The notes under the pieces: model-generated
What the model was told of the DNA's origin: nothing
The model's database searches: none
What the model saw: only the letters and a program-made list of their open reading frames with translations
Assembly (NCBI GenBank): GCA_030390025.1
Contig: CM059427.1
Span: 29,140,001-29,204,000 of the forward strand
Direction of reading: 5' to 3'
DNA: 64,000 bases
Origin: Squalus acanthias
Taxonomy: Eukaryota
Part shown: piece after piece, positions 1 through 12,745 of the stretch
Numbering within the stretch: position 1 is the first letter of the stretch
Layout of the letters: each line of letters starts with the position of its first letter
Program-made: the position numbers and the translations under genes

Positions 1-100
1 GTGGGTCAGGAAGGGACAGAGAGAGTAACAAAGGTAATAAAGCATCAGTGACTAAGGTGACATCAGGGAAAAATAGAAATAAGTCAAAGCTAAAGGCACT

Positions 101-845
101 GGCCCAAAAATTAGTGCCGCTACGCGAGAGTACGCACTGTGTACTCTCGCGTATTCTGTCTCCAATTGCCGGTTTTCTGCATGCACTGCGCATGCGCTGA
201 AAACCGGCACTTGGTGAATTCAAAAGGGGGCGGTTCCTAGGTGAACCGCGTGCGCGCTACAGGCGGCGCGCACGCAGTGCACTTAGTGCTTTGGACGCGC
301 AGGTAAGCATGGAAGATTTTAGACATAAAGAAAGGAGGTGTAAGACCCTCTTTTAACAAGGTAAGTACTTAATTAAGTATTATTTTGAATTATTTTTAAC
401 AGGTATATCTTTTTTAGAGACTTTAAAGACAGGTAAGTTTATTTTTATAACTTTTTAAAAGATTTTAAATTTTTTCAAAAATTTAATTTTTTGTTTAAAA
501 TGGTTAATTTATTTAACTATACTTATTTTATTAATGTGATGGGTTTTTTTTAAATTTAATTGAGGTTTAGCTGTTCTTTTGGGGGGGGGTATAGTATTCA
601 TAGCTTTCACAGCCGTGCTGTGAAAGCTATGAATGAAAGATGGTGTGCTGCCATTGGCTCTAACTGAGTCACGTGATCCCACAGCTCGCACGAATTAACT
701 ACGCCTGTGGGATACGAAAGCCCTGCACAGCTGCTGTCCAGAACATCAAGTTCGTGCGAGCTCGGACTGAAAAAGCCAGCGTGCAGTGAGAGATCGCGGG
801 AAGGCCTTACCCTCGCACGAAGGCTCACTCACTAATTTTTGGGCC
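101..845. mobile_element. PIF/Harbinger-type MITE (family A)
   Basis: Perfect 16-bp TIR GGCCCAAAAATTAGTG (101-116 / 830-845) and 3-bp TSD ACT (98-100, 846-848); interrupts the CR1 ORF2 start. Confidence 0.88.
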
Positions 846-1575
846 ACTATATCTGAATGCGCGAAGCATTCGCAACAAAATAGATGAATTAATAGCGCAG
901 ATAGAAATTAACAGGTTTGATCGAATAGCCATAACGGAGACGTGGTTGCAAAGTTGCCAAGGTTGGGAACTAAATATTCCAGGATACATAACTTTTAGAA
1001 GGGATAGGCAAAATGAAAAAGGAGGAGGGGTAGCCCTGATAATAAAGGATGGGATAAAGACAGTAGAGAGAAAGGATCTTAGCTCCGAAAATCAAGAAGT
1101 AGAATCAGTTTGGGTGGAGCTAAGAAACAGCAAGGGGCAGAAAACATTGGTGGAAGTTGTTAATCGGCCCCCAAACAGTATTTGCAATGTAGGGCAGAGT
1201 ATAAATCAGGAAATTAGAGGCGCATGTAACAAGGGTAATACAGTAATCATGGGGGACTTTAATCTACATATAGACTGGGCAAACCAAATTTGCAGTAATA
1301 GTGTGGAGGACAAATTCATGGAATGTATGCAAGATAGTTTTCTAGATCAGTATGTTGAGGAACCAACTAGGGAGCAGGCTATTTTAGATCTAGTATTGTG
1401 CAATGAGAAAGGGTTAATTAATAACCTTGTAGTAAAGGGGCATTTAGGGAAGAGTGACCATAATATGATAGAATTTTATATTGAGTTTGAAAGTGACTTA
1501 GTTAAATCCAAAACTCGGGTCTTAAATCTAAACAAAGCAAACTACGTGGGTATGAGGGGCGAGTTGGCTAAGGTA

Positions 1576-3022
1576 ATGTAACACCCCTATTTAAGAAAGG
1601 AGGGAGACAGAAAGCAGGAAACTATAGACCAGTTAGTCTAACATCTGTCATTGGGAAAATGCTGGAGTCCTTCATTAAGGAAACAGTAGCAGGGCATTTG
1701 GAAAAACATACTGCAGTCAAACAGAGTCAGCATGGTTTTAGGAAAGGGAAATCATGTTTAACAAATTTGCTGGAGTTCTTTGAGGATGTAACAAGCAGGG
1801 TGGACAAGGGTGAGCCAGTGGATGTGGTGTATTTGGATTTCCAGAAGGCATTTGATAAGGTGCCACATAAAAGGTTACGGCATAAGATAAGAGCTCACGG
1901 AGTTGGGGGTAATATATTAGCATGGATAGAGAATTGGCTAACTAACAGAAAGCAGAGAGTCGGGATAAATGGGTCATTTTTTGGTTGGCAAACGGTAACT
2001 AGTGGGGTGCCACAGGGATCGGTGCTGGGGCCCCAACTATTTACAATCTACATTAATGACTTGGATGAAGGGATCGAGTGTAATGTAGCCAAGTTTGCGG
2101 ATGATACAAAGATGGGTGGGAAAGCAAGTTGTGCAGAGGACTCAAAGAAACTGCAAAGGGATATAGACAGGCTAGGTGAGTGGGCAAACATTTGGCAGAT
2201 GGAGTATAATGTGGGAAAGTGCGAGGTTATCCACTTTGGCAGGAAAAATAACAAAACCAACTATTATTTAAATGGAGAGAGATTACAAAATGCTACAGTT
2301 CAGAGGGACCTGGGGGTCCTTGTGCATGAAACACAAAAAGTTAGCATGCAGGTACAGCAAGTAATCAAAAAGGCAAATGGAATGTTGGCCTTTATTTCAA
2401 GGGGGTTGGAGTATAAAAGCAGGGAAGTCCTGCTACAACTGTACAAGGTATTGGTGAGACCACACCTTGAGTACTGTGTACAGTTTTGGTCTCCTTATTT
2501 AAGGAAGGATATACTTGCATTGGAGGCAGTTCAGAGACGACTCACTAGATTAATTCCAGAGATGAGGGGTTTGACTTATGAGGAAAAGTCGAGCAGGCTG
2601 GGCCTATACTCATTGGAATTTAGAAGAATGAGAGGTGATCTTATCGAAACATATAAGATACGGAGGGGGCTCAACAGGGTAGATGCAGAGAGGATGTTTC
2701 CCCTCGTGGGGAAATCTAGAACTCGGGGACATAGTCTCAGAATAAAGGGTCGCCCTTTTAGAACTGAGATGAGGAGGAACTTCTTCTCTCAGAGGGTCGT
2801 AAATTTGTGGAATTCTCTGCCCCAGAGAGCTGTGGAGGCTGGGTCATTAAATACATTTAAAGTGGAGATAGACAAATTTTTGCAAGATAAGGGAGTGAAG
2901 GGTTATGGGGAATGGGCTGGGAAGTGGCTTTGAGCCCTAGATCAGCCATGATCTTATTGAATGGCGGAGCAGGCTCGAGGGGCCAAGTGGCCTATTCCTG
3001 CTCCTATTTCTTATGTTCTTAT
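1576..3022 (+). mobile_element. Young 5'-truncated CR1 nested in the older CR1 (open RT ORF 1659-2933)
   Basis: 424-aa uninterrupted RT ORF, own 3' UTR and TTCTTATG tail; host resumes at GGTAGATTGGG with GGTA duplicated. Confidence 0.92.
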
Positions 3023-5169
3023 GGTAGATTGGGAAACTACATTAAAAGGTATGACAGTGGACGAGCAATGGCTAGCATTTAAAGAATTCATACATAATTT
3101 GCAACAAATATACATCTATTAAGGCACAAAAAACCCACAGGAAAAGTGGTCCAACCGTGGCTAAAAAGAGAAGCTAAAGATAGTATTAGATCAAAGGAAG
3201 AGGCTTATAATGCTGCCAAAAAGAGTAGTAAGCCTCAGGATTGGGAGGATTTTAGAATTCAGCAAAGGAGGACCAAGAAATTGATAAAGAAAGGGAAAAT
3301 AGAGTATGAGAGTAAACTAGCAAGAGACATAAAAACAGACTGTAAAAGCTTCTATAGGTATGTAAAAAGGAAAAGATTAGCAAAAGTAAATGTGGGTCCC
3401 TTACAGGCTGAGACAGGAGAAATTATAATGGGGAATAGTGAAATGGCAGAGAAATTAAACAAATACTTTGTGTCTGTCTTCACGGAAGACGACGCAAAAA
3501 ATTTCCCGGAAATAGTGGAGAACCAAGGGTCTAGCGAGAATGAGGAGCTGAAAGATATTAGTATTAGTTAAAGTAGTACTGGAGAAATTAATGGGACTGA
3601 AAGCCGATAAAGCCCCTGGACCTGATGGCCTACATCCGAGGGTTTTGAAAGAGTTGGCGATAGAGATAGTGGATGCAATGGTTGTCATTTTCCAAAATTC
3701 CATAGATTCTCGAACAGTTCCCACGGATTAGAAGGTAGCAAATGTAACCCCACTATTTAAGAAAGGAGGGAGAAAGAAAATGGAACTACAGACCAGTTAG
3801 TCTGACATCAGTGTTAGGGAAAATGGTAGAATCTATTATTAAGGATGTGGTAACAGGGCACTTCGAAAATAACAACAGGATTGGGCAGAGTCAACACAGA
3901 TTTATGAAAGGGAAATCATGTTTGACAAATCTGTAAGAGTTTTTTGAGGTTGTAACTAGCAGAATAGTTATTTGGTGTATTTGGATTTTCAGAAGGCATT
4001 CAATAAGGTGCCACGCAAGAAGTTGACAAACAAAAATAGGGCTCATGGGATTGGGGGTAATATACTAGCATGGATTGAAGATTGGTTAATGGACAGAAAA
4101 CAGAGAGTAGGAATAAATGGGTCATTTTCGGGTTGGCAGGCTATAACTAGTAGAGTACTGCAAGGATCAGTGCTTGGGCCCTCAGCTATTCACAATCTAC
4201 ATCAATGATTTGGATGAGGGGACCAAATGTAATATATCCAAGTTTGCTGATGATACAAAGCTGGGTGAGATTGTAAGTTGTGAGGAGGATGCAAGGAGGC
4301 TTCAAGGGGATATAGACAGGCCAAGTGAGTGGGCAAGAACATGGCAAATGGAATATAATGTGAAGAAATGTGAAGTTATCCACTTTGGTAGGAAAAATAG
4401 AAAAGCAGAGTAATTTTAAATGGTGAGAGATTGGGAAATGTTGGTGTTCAGAGGGACCTGGGTGTCCTTGTACACAAATCACTGAAAGTTAACATGCAGG
4501 TACAGCAAGCAATTAGGAAAGCAAATGGTATGTTGGCCTTTATTAAAAGAGGATTTAAGTTTAAGAGTAAAGACGTCTTACTGCAATTATATAGGGCCCT
4601 GGTGAGACCACACCTGGAGTATTGTGTACAGTTTCAGTCTCCTTACCTAAGGAAGGATATACTTGCCATAGAGGGAGTGCAATGAAGGTTCACCAGACTG
4701 GTTCCTGTGATGGGGGGATTGTCCTATGAGGAGAGATTGAGTAGACTAGGCCTATATTCTCTAGAGTTTAGAAAAATGAGAGGTAAACTCATTGAAACAT
4801 ACAAAATTCTTACAGGGATTGACAGGGTAGATGCAGGGAGGATGTTTCCCCTGGGGAGTCTAGAACCAGGGGTCACAGTTTCAGAATAAGGGGTCGGCCA
4901 TTTAGGACTGAGATGAGGAGAAATTTCTTCATTCAGAGGGTGGTGAATCTTTGGAATTCTCTACCCCAGAGGGCTGTGGAGGCTCAGTCGTTGAGTATAT
5001 TCAAGACAGAGATCGATAGATTTTTGAATATTAAGGGTATCAAGGGATATGGGGATAGTTCAGGAAAGTGGACATGAGGTAGAAGATCAGCCATGATCTT
5101 AGTGAATGGCGGAGCAGGCTCGAAGGGCTAAATGCCCTACTCCTGCTCCTATTTCTTATGTTCTTATGT

Positions 5170-5364
5170 AATCTACACATTTTATATACAGTATTATACC
5201 TTTCAGTGAATGGAACGGAATATAAATTTCAAATACATCTACTAATAAGTAGCAAATTATATACTGGATTTTTTTTTTAACCATGTATCACCCACTAATA
5301 TATTTTAAAATTATACTGTTCCATTCACTGAAAGTTATAATACTGTATATAAAATGCATGGATT
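5170..5364. repeat. AT-rich inverted repeat (~65-bp arms, ~65-nt spacer)
   Basis: 5170-5235 is nearly the reverse complement of 5301-5364 (core TTTTATATACAGTATTATAnCTTTCAGTGAATGGAAC). Confidence 0.8.
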
Positions 5365-5931
5365 CACACGCATACATTATAATGATTGTAATCCAAGATT
5401 ATAAATACAACATATAATTTACAACATGATGCAATAACTTGCATTATGTTTCCCTCACTCATCTATGGTAACAGGACCAAATCCTTCTGGAGATTTGCAG
5501 TGACCATGTGTACAGGCTATCTAAGCCTTCTCAGGTGGGTAGTCAGAGGAGAGTCTGATATTACATCAAACAGCTTTCACTTACTAACCTGAGGACGGCA
5601 GTTGTATCAATTGCATCCTGTCTTCCAAGCTAGAAAACTTGCAAGTTTCCTTCATACCAAGGTCTTAAATTGTTCGGATGCTACCTACAATTATGCTGCC
5701 TACTACTTCACTAGGATAATTCAAATTTTATACCTTAATGCCCAAATTAACCCGTGTCTGGAACCATTTAGAGAAATAAGATAGGCAAGCTGCTCTACAG
5801 TATGGCTCCTCATTTGCACTTATGTCAGTTTATTCTGACTGTTATAAAGAGTACCATTTTGAATCTATATTTTCCACTGTTGCATCTCCAGAAGAATATC
5901 CCTCAGGTTCAAATAAAACTCCATAATTTAC

Positions 5932-6023
5932 CTTGTTCTTCCAATGAGACTCTAACACTAGAATTTTCTTCAGCTTTTTGTCTAGCAAGTTCTTCCTGTT
6001 CAGGTGTCCACTGGATGTGATCC
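5932..6023 (-). CDS. METTL8: METTL8 second coding exon (92 nt)
   Basis: Reads (W)DHIQWTPEQEELARQKAEENSSVRVSLEEQ, matching recalled DHMQWSKEEEAAARKKVKENSAVRVLLEEQ. AG/GT boundaries and phase fit the previous exon. Later exons were not found in the window. Confidence 0.93.
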
Positions 6024-6606
6024 CTGGGGAAAAAGGTTAATTTTCTTTTTTTTTAAGGATTGCAGAGAAAAGCGAGCTACACACATTTACACATTTTATG
6101 CTCTTCTCATTACTGGAATAGAAGACAAAAATGATTTGGAGGCATTTGGGGCTAGTTATTTGCCACCTCCATATTTTTACACACGGAAGTATAAAGGTTC
6201 TTTTGTAAAAAAAATTCCTAAAAGCAGGGAAAAAAATAGCAGGTCCCAACATATTCCAGGAGAAATGTTAAATTAGATCAATCTTATTCGATAAAAATAA
6301 CATAAATTGATACTATGGCTTACTTCCATTTATGATTGGAATAGAACAATGTTCTGACTCAAGTGTTCTAGCATTAAATTTCATTACTACACTACTTCAT
6401 GCAGAACCTTTTAACCAAGAAACACGCTTAATTTAAAATTCAAATTATTAACTCAATGAAATCATATCAGAAGCCATCATCTTTAAATTGATCATTTCCC
6501 TTTTGCTCAAAATGGAAATGAACATCAATGCAGAAGTAATATTTTTTACAACATGATTTTGTGTGAGCAACAAACATGTAATCTGGTTTGGATAACATCC
6601 ACTTAC

Positions 6607-6767
6607 CACATATTATGTTCAAACACTCTGCTCGGATCAGATAATATCCGGGAGCCAAGAGGAGCAGTTGGTCTTCTACTACTTTGGAATCTACATTGCA
6701 AGCCAAGGTTCCTCAGCAATGCAAAAGACACTGTGCGAACCAACACCACTTGTGACCTCCTCTTCAT
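6607..6767 (-). CDS. METTL8: METTL8 first coding exon (tRNA m3C methyltransferase, N-terminal presequence-like region)
   Basis: Minus strand reads MKRRSQVVLVRTVSFALLRNLGLQCRFQSSRRPTAPLGSRILSDPSRVFEHNM(W), matching the recalled METTL8 motif APLGSRILTDPAKVFEHNMW. Acceptor AG at 6782-6781 (exon starts 6780), donor GTAAGT at 6606-6601. Confidence 0.93.
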
Positions 6768-6850
6768 ATTGATGAAATGTCTGCTTCAAGGAATACAAAT
6801 ATATTTAATTAGTGAATTCATAAAGATCCAAAAGCTTTCATATGATTAAT

Positions 6851-7494
6851 GCCTGGATTTTGCAGGGCCTATGACCACGAAAACCCGGAACTTGCGATCC
6901 GTCAAGAATCTTCTTGCCAGATCCTCCACATCGCCGGGAAATGAACACTCGCTGGCGCTATTTGCCCAACTCTTGCCCATGAAACTCTTACACCTGGTAA
7001 AAGCAGGCATAAGGGTGAAAATAAATATTAAAATAACATTTTTGAAATCATTTAAACATTTAAAAACCTGTAAATAAGTGTCATTTTTGGCCCCTTGAAA
7101 AATGTTTCAATTTTTTTTTAAATTAATTTTTGTTTTAAATGTTTAATTAAATTATTTTAATTAATTTTAAACATGTAATTTTTTTTATTTCAGTGCTGTT
7201 AAAATGTATTTTTTGGGTGATTCCTATTAAGCTTATGGGGATTCCGTACGTAAATGGAATCCCCATAAGCATAATGGGAATCCCCTTTCTGATTGGTTGG
7301 GCCAGCCCACGTGATCCCATGGACGCTTGCAAACCGCATGCACTCCTGGGATACGTGGGCCTCTACGTAGGCCTACGCATAGAGGCCCAGGATCACGAGT
7401 CCCCGTGGATCCAGGACCATCAGGTAGGTGCGTAGTTTTATTGTAGTTCGGAGGCATCCGCCCGCGGGAAGCCTCTGACCGCAAATTCAGGCCC
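6851..7494. mobile_element. Harbinger-type MITE (family A)
   Basis: Ends GCCTGGATTTTGC ... GCAAATTCAGGCCC flanked by AAT; internal similarity to 20672-21377. Confidence 0.8.
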
Positions 7495-7889
7495 AATGTT
7501 TTGGGGAAAAATCAGCAAAGTGAAGAGTGAAAAAGCGACCTTTCATCTCGTTTTCAGTGTTAGACAGGAGTAAAGAGCAGAACAAATGTCGTGATTTATT
7601 TTCTTATGCCCAGACTGCTTATGTGTATAAGGAATAACTATGAGCGGGAGGTAAGGACTTGGTTTTTCTTCACTAAAGCCCCAAATAATCTATTACTGGA
7701 TTTTTTTTCTTACCAATAAAAAAGCTACTAGCTTTTTATTTTTAGTAAGAGGCAAATATGAGGGAGTTTTGGTACAACTCAAAATTTGATACTGAAGGAA
7801 TGACTTACCTGAAGATGCACGGCATGGTCTGGTAAGTGAGTGCTCTAACATTAGTACTCGTGAACAGTGCAGGAGTTGAGATTTATAGG

Positions 7890-8370
7890 AATGGTGACAA
7901 GAGATACTAAGCCGGTGCGTGTGGCTTGCTTAACGTGGACTATCCTGGAATCATAGGATAACCAGGAGTATGCATGCATGAAGTGTTGAAAGATTGTTAG
8001 TTGAACAGAGAAAAGCTGAGTTTGAGCATCAGCTGACCACACCACCATTAACAAGAAAAGTTCCTTGGACATATATTCCAGACGGTAGTCATCTCACAGC
8101 TTCAGAGGAAGAGGGATATTGAGGAATAGGTGACTATTTGCAAGATAGACAAACATTTCTGAGCGTCTGGATTTGTGTAATAGATATGTAGTGCTTAATA
8201 CCCAAGACGTGGACAAAGAAGGCAGCATAGGGAGGGTAGCCTTGACCAACATTGTACTGTCAAACAAGTGGCTAACCATGGGGAGAAGAGTAACACCACC
8301 AGGAAAACAGCCAAATTTAGTTACGGGGATTTCATAATAAAGGGCATCAACAGCCTTTTCTGCAACCACC
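7890..8370 (+). mobile_element. Very decayed CR1 ORF1 remnant
   Basis: Traces of Y-x-C-x-K-C and NRYVVLNT, comparable with YVCGKC and NRYAALDT in the ORF1 at 50529. Confidence 0.45.
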
Positions 8371-8377
8371 AAATGTT

Positions 8378-10637
8378 AGAAAGATCTTGAATTTATATAG
8401 CGCCTTTCAGGACCTCAGGATGTAACAAAGTGCTTTACAGACAATAAAATATATTTGAACTGTAGTCACTGTTGTAATGTAGGGAAACGCAGCAGCCAAT
8501 TTGCACACAAGGTTCTACAAACAGCAATGAAATAATGACCAGAAAGCAGCATGCTACAGACAGAGCTAAACAATCCCACAAGCAAAAGATCAGATCAAAG
8601 CTCTGCAGTCCAGCCACATCCAGTCGTGAATGGTGGTGGACAATTAAACAACGAAGGGGAGGAGGAGACTCCATGAATATCCCCATCCTCAATGATGGCA
8701 GAGCCCTGCACACGAGTGCAAAAGACAAGGCTGAAGCATTTGCAATCATCTTCAGCTAGAAGTGCCGAGTGGATAATCCATCTCGGCCTCCTCCTGAGGT
8801 CCCCACCATCACAGAAGCCAGTCTTCAGCCAATTCGATTCACTCCACATGATATCAAAAAACGGCTGAGCAAGCTGGATATAGCAAAGTCTATGAGCCCC
8901 GATAACATTCTGGCTGTCGTGCTGAAGACTTGTGCTCCAGAACTAGCCGCGCCTCTAGCCAAGCTGTCCCAGTGTAGCTACAACACTGGCATCTACCTGG
9001 AAAACTGCACAGGTATGTCCTGTCCACAAAAAGCAGGACAAATCCAATCTGGCCAATTACCGCCCCATCGGTCTACTCTCAATCATCAGCAAAGTGATGG
9101 AAGGTGTCAACGACAGTGCTATCAAGCGGCACTTACTCACCAATAACCTGCTCACTGATGCTCAGTTTGGGTTCCGCCAGGACCACTTGGCTCCAGACCT
9201 CATTACAGCCTTGGTCCAAACATGGACAAAAGAGCTGAATTCCAGAGGTGAGTCAAGAGTGACTGCCCTTGACATCAAGGCAGCATTTGACGGAGTGTGG
9301 CATCAAGGAGCCCTAGTAAAATTGAAGTCAATGGGAATCAGGGGGGAAAACTCTCCACTGGCTGAAATCATACCTAGCACAAAGGAAGATGGTTGTGGTA
9401 ATTGAAGGTCAATAATCTCAGCCCCAGGACATCACTGCAGGAGTTCCTCAAGGCAGTGTCCTAGGCCCAACCATCTTCAGCTGCTTCATCAATGACCTTC
9501 CTTCCATCATAAGGTCAGAAGTGGGGATGTTCGATGATGACTGCAGTGTTCAGTTCCATTCGCAACTCCTCAGATAATGAAGCTGTCCATGCCCGCATGC
9601 AGCAAGACCTGGGCGACATTCAGGCTTGGGCTAATAAGTGGCAAGTAACATTCGTGCCACACAAGTGCCAGGAAATGACTATCTCCAACAAGTGAGAGTC
9701 TAACCACCGCCCCTTGACATTCAAAGGCATAACCATCGCTGAATCCCCCACCATCAACATCCTGGGGGTCATCACTGACCAGAAACTTAACTGGACCAGC
9801 CACATAAATTCTGTGGCTACAAGAGCAGGTCAGAGGCTGGGTATTCTGCGGTGAGTGTCTCATCTCCTGACTCCCCAAAGCCTTTCCATCATCTACAAGG
9901 AGCGTGATGGAATACTCTCCACTTGCCTGGATGAGTGCAGTTCCAACATCACTCAAGAAGCTCGACACTATCTAGGACAAAGCAGTCCACTTAATTGGCA
10001 CCCCATCAACCACCTTAATCATTCACTCCCTCCAACACTGGCGCACCGTGGCTGTAGTGTGTACCATCTACAAGATACACTGCAGCAACTCACTAAAGCT
10101 TCTTCGCCAGCACCTCCCAAACACGCGACCTCTACCACCTAGAAGGACAAGGGCAGCAGGCGCATAGGAACACCGTCACCTTCAAGTTACCCACCAACCT
10201 GACTTGGAAATATATCGCCGATCCTTCATCGTTGCTGGGTCAAAGTCCTGGAACTCCTTCCCTAACAGCACTGTGGGAGCACCGTCACCACACGGACTGC
10301 AGCGGTTCAAGGCAGCGGCTCACCACCTTCTCAAGGGCAATTAGTGATGGGCAATAAATGCTGGCCTTGCCAGCGACGCCCACATCCAGGAACGAATTTA
10401 AAAAATCCGTTTTAGTGATGTTGGTTGAGGGATAAGTATTGGCCAATTCACTGGAGATAACTACCCTGCTATTCTTCGAAATAGTGCATGGAATCTTTTA
10501 TACATCCACCTGAGAGGGCAGACAGGGCCTCAGTTTAACATCTCATTCGAAAGACGGCACCTCTGAAGGTGCAGCACTCACTCAGTACTGCACTGGAGTG
10601 TTAGCCTAAATTTTATGTTCAAGTCTCCGGAGTGGGG
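8378..10637 (-). mobile_element. Deu-domain tRNA SINE split by a LINE (8378-8543 and 10404-10637)
   Basis: Reverse complement of the SINE at 13638-14990; the two halves rejoin at AATGACCAGA|AATC. Confidence 0.8.
8544..10403 (+). mobile_element. Divergent CR1-clade LINE, 5'-truncated RT region and 3' UTR
   Basis: QFGFR, ALDIKAAFD-VWH and [10 protein letters not shown] motifs; distinct tail AATAAATGCTGGCCTTGCCAGCGACGCCCACATCC. Confidence 0.85.
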
Positions 10638-10709
10638 CTGTGCTGCTTCGCTGGCGCAAACCTGAGGTACATAGAGTGGGAGAGAAAGCATCCGGAAGTC
10701 ATGGTTCAT

Positions 10710-11158
10710 AGAAAAAAAGAATTGCATTTATATAGTGCTTTTCACAACCTTAAGACATTCCAATGCGCTTTACAGCCAATTAAGTACTTTTGTAGTATAG
10801 TCACTGTTGTAATGTAGAAAAAGCAGAAGCCAAATTGTGCACAGCAAGATCCCACAAACAGCAAAGTGATAAATGACCAGATAATCTGTCTTATCGGTTG
10901 GCCGAGGGATACATATTGGCCAAGTCACCGGGGAGAACTCCGCTGCTCTTCTTCAAAATAGTGGCATGAGATCTTTCACATCCACCTAAGAGGACAGATG
11001 GGGGCTCTGTTTAATATCTTATCCGAAAGACAGCACAGTGGAGCACTCCCTCAGCACTGCACTGGAGTGTCAGCCAAGATTTTGTGCTCAAGTTTCTCAA
11101 GTGGGACTTGAACTTTCTGACTCAGAGGCAAAATTGCTAGCACTGAACCACAGCTAAC
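10710..11158 (-). mobile_element. Deu-domain tRNA SINE, near full length
   Basis: Reverse complement of the SINE at 13638-14990, including the tRNA-like head. Confidence 0.82.
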
Positions 11159-11461
11159 AACTATAGGAATCAAAAGACAATGAATAGGATGACGGTTTAT
11201 TAGGACAGTTTGAGGAGTAAGGTTCTAGATTGAAGAGCAAAATCTCAAAGATGATAATCTCAGCATAACTCGGAGCCACGTGCTGGGTATGGAGAAAAAC
11301 AAAGACATATTAATAGGCGGCTTAAGGATGGGGCAGACAGGAGGAATGAGTAGAATAGAAACATTCAACTTTAGATAGGCAGGTTTTGAAGGGATGAGAC
11401 ATGAGCTAGATAAACTGGATTAGACAGCACGATTAGAAGTGAAAAACAGAAGAAAAGTTTT

Positions 11462-11900
11462 TTTTAAATCCATTCTTGCGATATGGGCATCACTGGAAAC
11501 GTATGCCTTTATTGCCAATTCCTAGTTGCCCTGGAGATTGTGCTGGTGGGCCTTCTTCTTGAACTGCTGCAGTCCATGGGGTGATGGTGCTCCCACAATG
11601 CTATAAGGTAGGGAGTTCCAGGATTTTGACCCAGCAACTATGAAGAAATGGAAATATATGTTCAAGTCAGGATGGTGTATGTCTTGGAGGGGAACCTGGA
11701 GGTTCCCATGCACCTTCTGCCCTTGTCCTAGCTGATGGAGGTTGCGGGTTTGGGAGATGCTGCCAAAAAAGCCTTGGCAAGTTGCTGCAGTGTATCCTGT
11801 AGATAGTTCACAGTGCAGCCACAGTACTTTGGTATCAGTGGATGTTTAGGATAGTGGCTGAAGTGTGGATCAGATGGAACTACTTTGCCTTGGATGATGT
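11462..11900 (-). mobile_element. 3' fragment of the divergent CR1-clade LINE
   Basis: Reverse complement of about 9920-10400. Confidence 0.75.
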
Positions 11901-12478
11901 TAAATAATTCTTTAAAAAAATTATCTTTTTAGATTTATAATCAGATGCTCAAGATGCATCTGAACATCAAATTCCCTTTAACAGACTGACCTGATACTTT
12001 GTGTATGATTAAAAATCACACACAAACCTTTCCATTTATGGATTGTATACCTTCTCAAAGAATTCAAGTAGGTTCAGGACACACTACCCATTGCTTCTAA
12101 AATTACAACTGCCCTTCAAGAACTCTCTGTTCTTTAAGTCATCAATTTTCCAACTGAGGTCACCAGTTTGATAAATGAATTCTGCACAACCATCATTGGA
12201 TTCCTTTATTTGTTGACATTCAAGCACACTATTTTGATTACTGTTTTCTGCAATTAAAGCACAGTTTTCCTTTGGGTAGCTGTGTTTCAAAAATTAGGAG
12301 GTTGGTCCACAGGATTTTGCCAACATTTAGAGATCCTCAACAAAGAGGTTTGAAAACTGAGTTATAGAAATGTAAATTGAGAGAGTTAGGGTGTGCATGA
12401 GTCTAACTGTGGCTCTGTGGTCTTTAAATTTTTTTATTGTGGGATATCCCTTCAGATATTGACCCACTCCAGTGGGAC

Positions 12479-12745
12479 CATAAGAACATAAGAAATAGGA
12501 GTACAACACCATTCGGCCCTTTGAGCCTGCTCCATCATTCAATAAAATCATGGCTGATCATGGTTTTTTGTCAGTTAACCAATCCTCAATCTATGCTAAT
12601 ATATTACCCCCAATCCCATGAGCCCTACTTTTTAATGTAATGACCTTGTGTGGCACCTTATTGAATGCTTTTTAAATATCCAAATATACTACATCCACTG
12701 GTTCCCCCTTATCTAGCCTGCTTGTTACACCCTCAAAAATATCAG
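12479..12745 (-). mobile_element. CR1 fragments (3' tail fused to an RT piece)
   Basis: CATAAGAACATAAGAAATAGGAG reverse tail, then reverse-strand [10 protein letters not shown]-like sequence. Confidence 0.7.

Larger units (their letters stand above)
1..5168 (+). mobile_element. CR1 LINE ORF2 (APE endonuclease + RT), decayed, in three pieces: 1-100, 846-1575, 3023-5168
   Basis: LKAL|YLNARSI rejoins across the MITE; EN motifs GDFN and SDH; RT motifs [18 protein letters not shown]; (TTCTTATG)n tail ending at 5168; several frameshifts. Confidence 0.92.

Noticed and set aside
946-4889. Long ORFs as host protein-coding genes
   Set aside because: All are CR1 ORF2 (endonuclease/RT) pieces; the antisense ORFs are shadows of the same elements.
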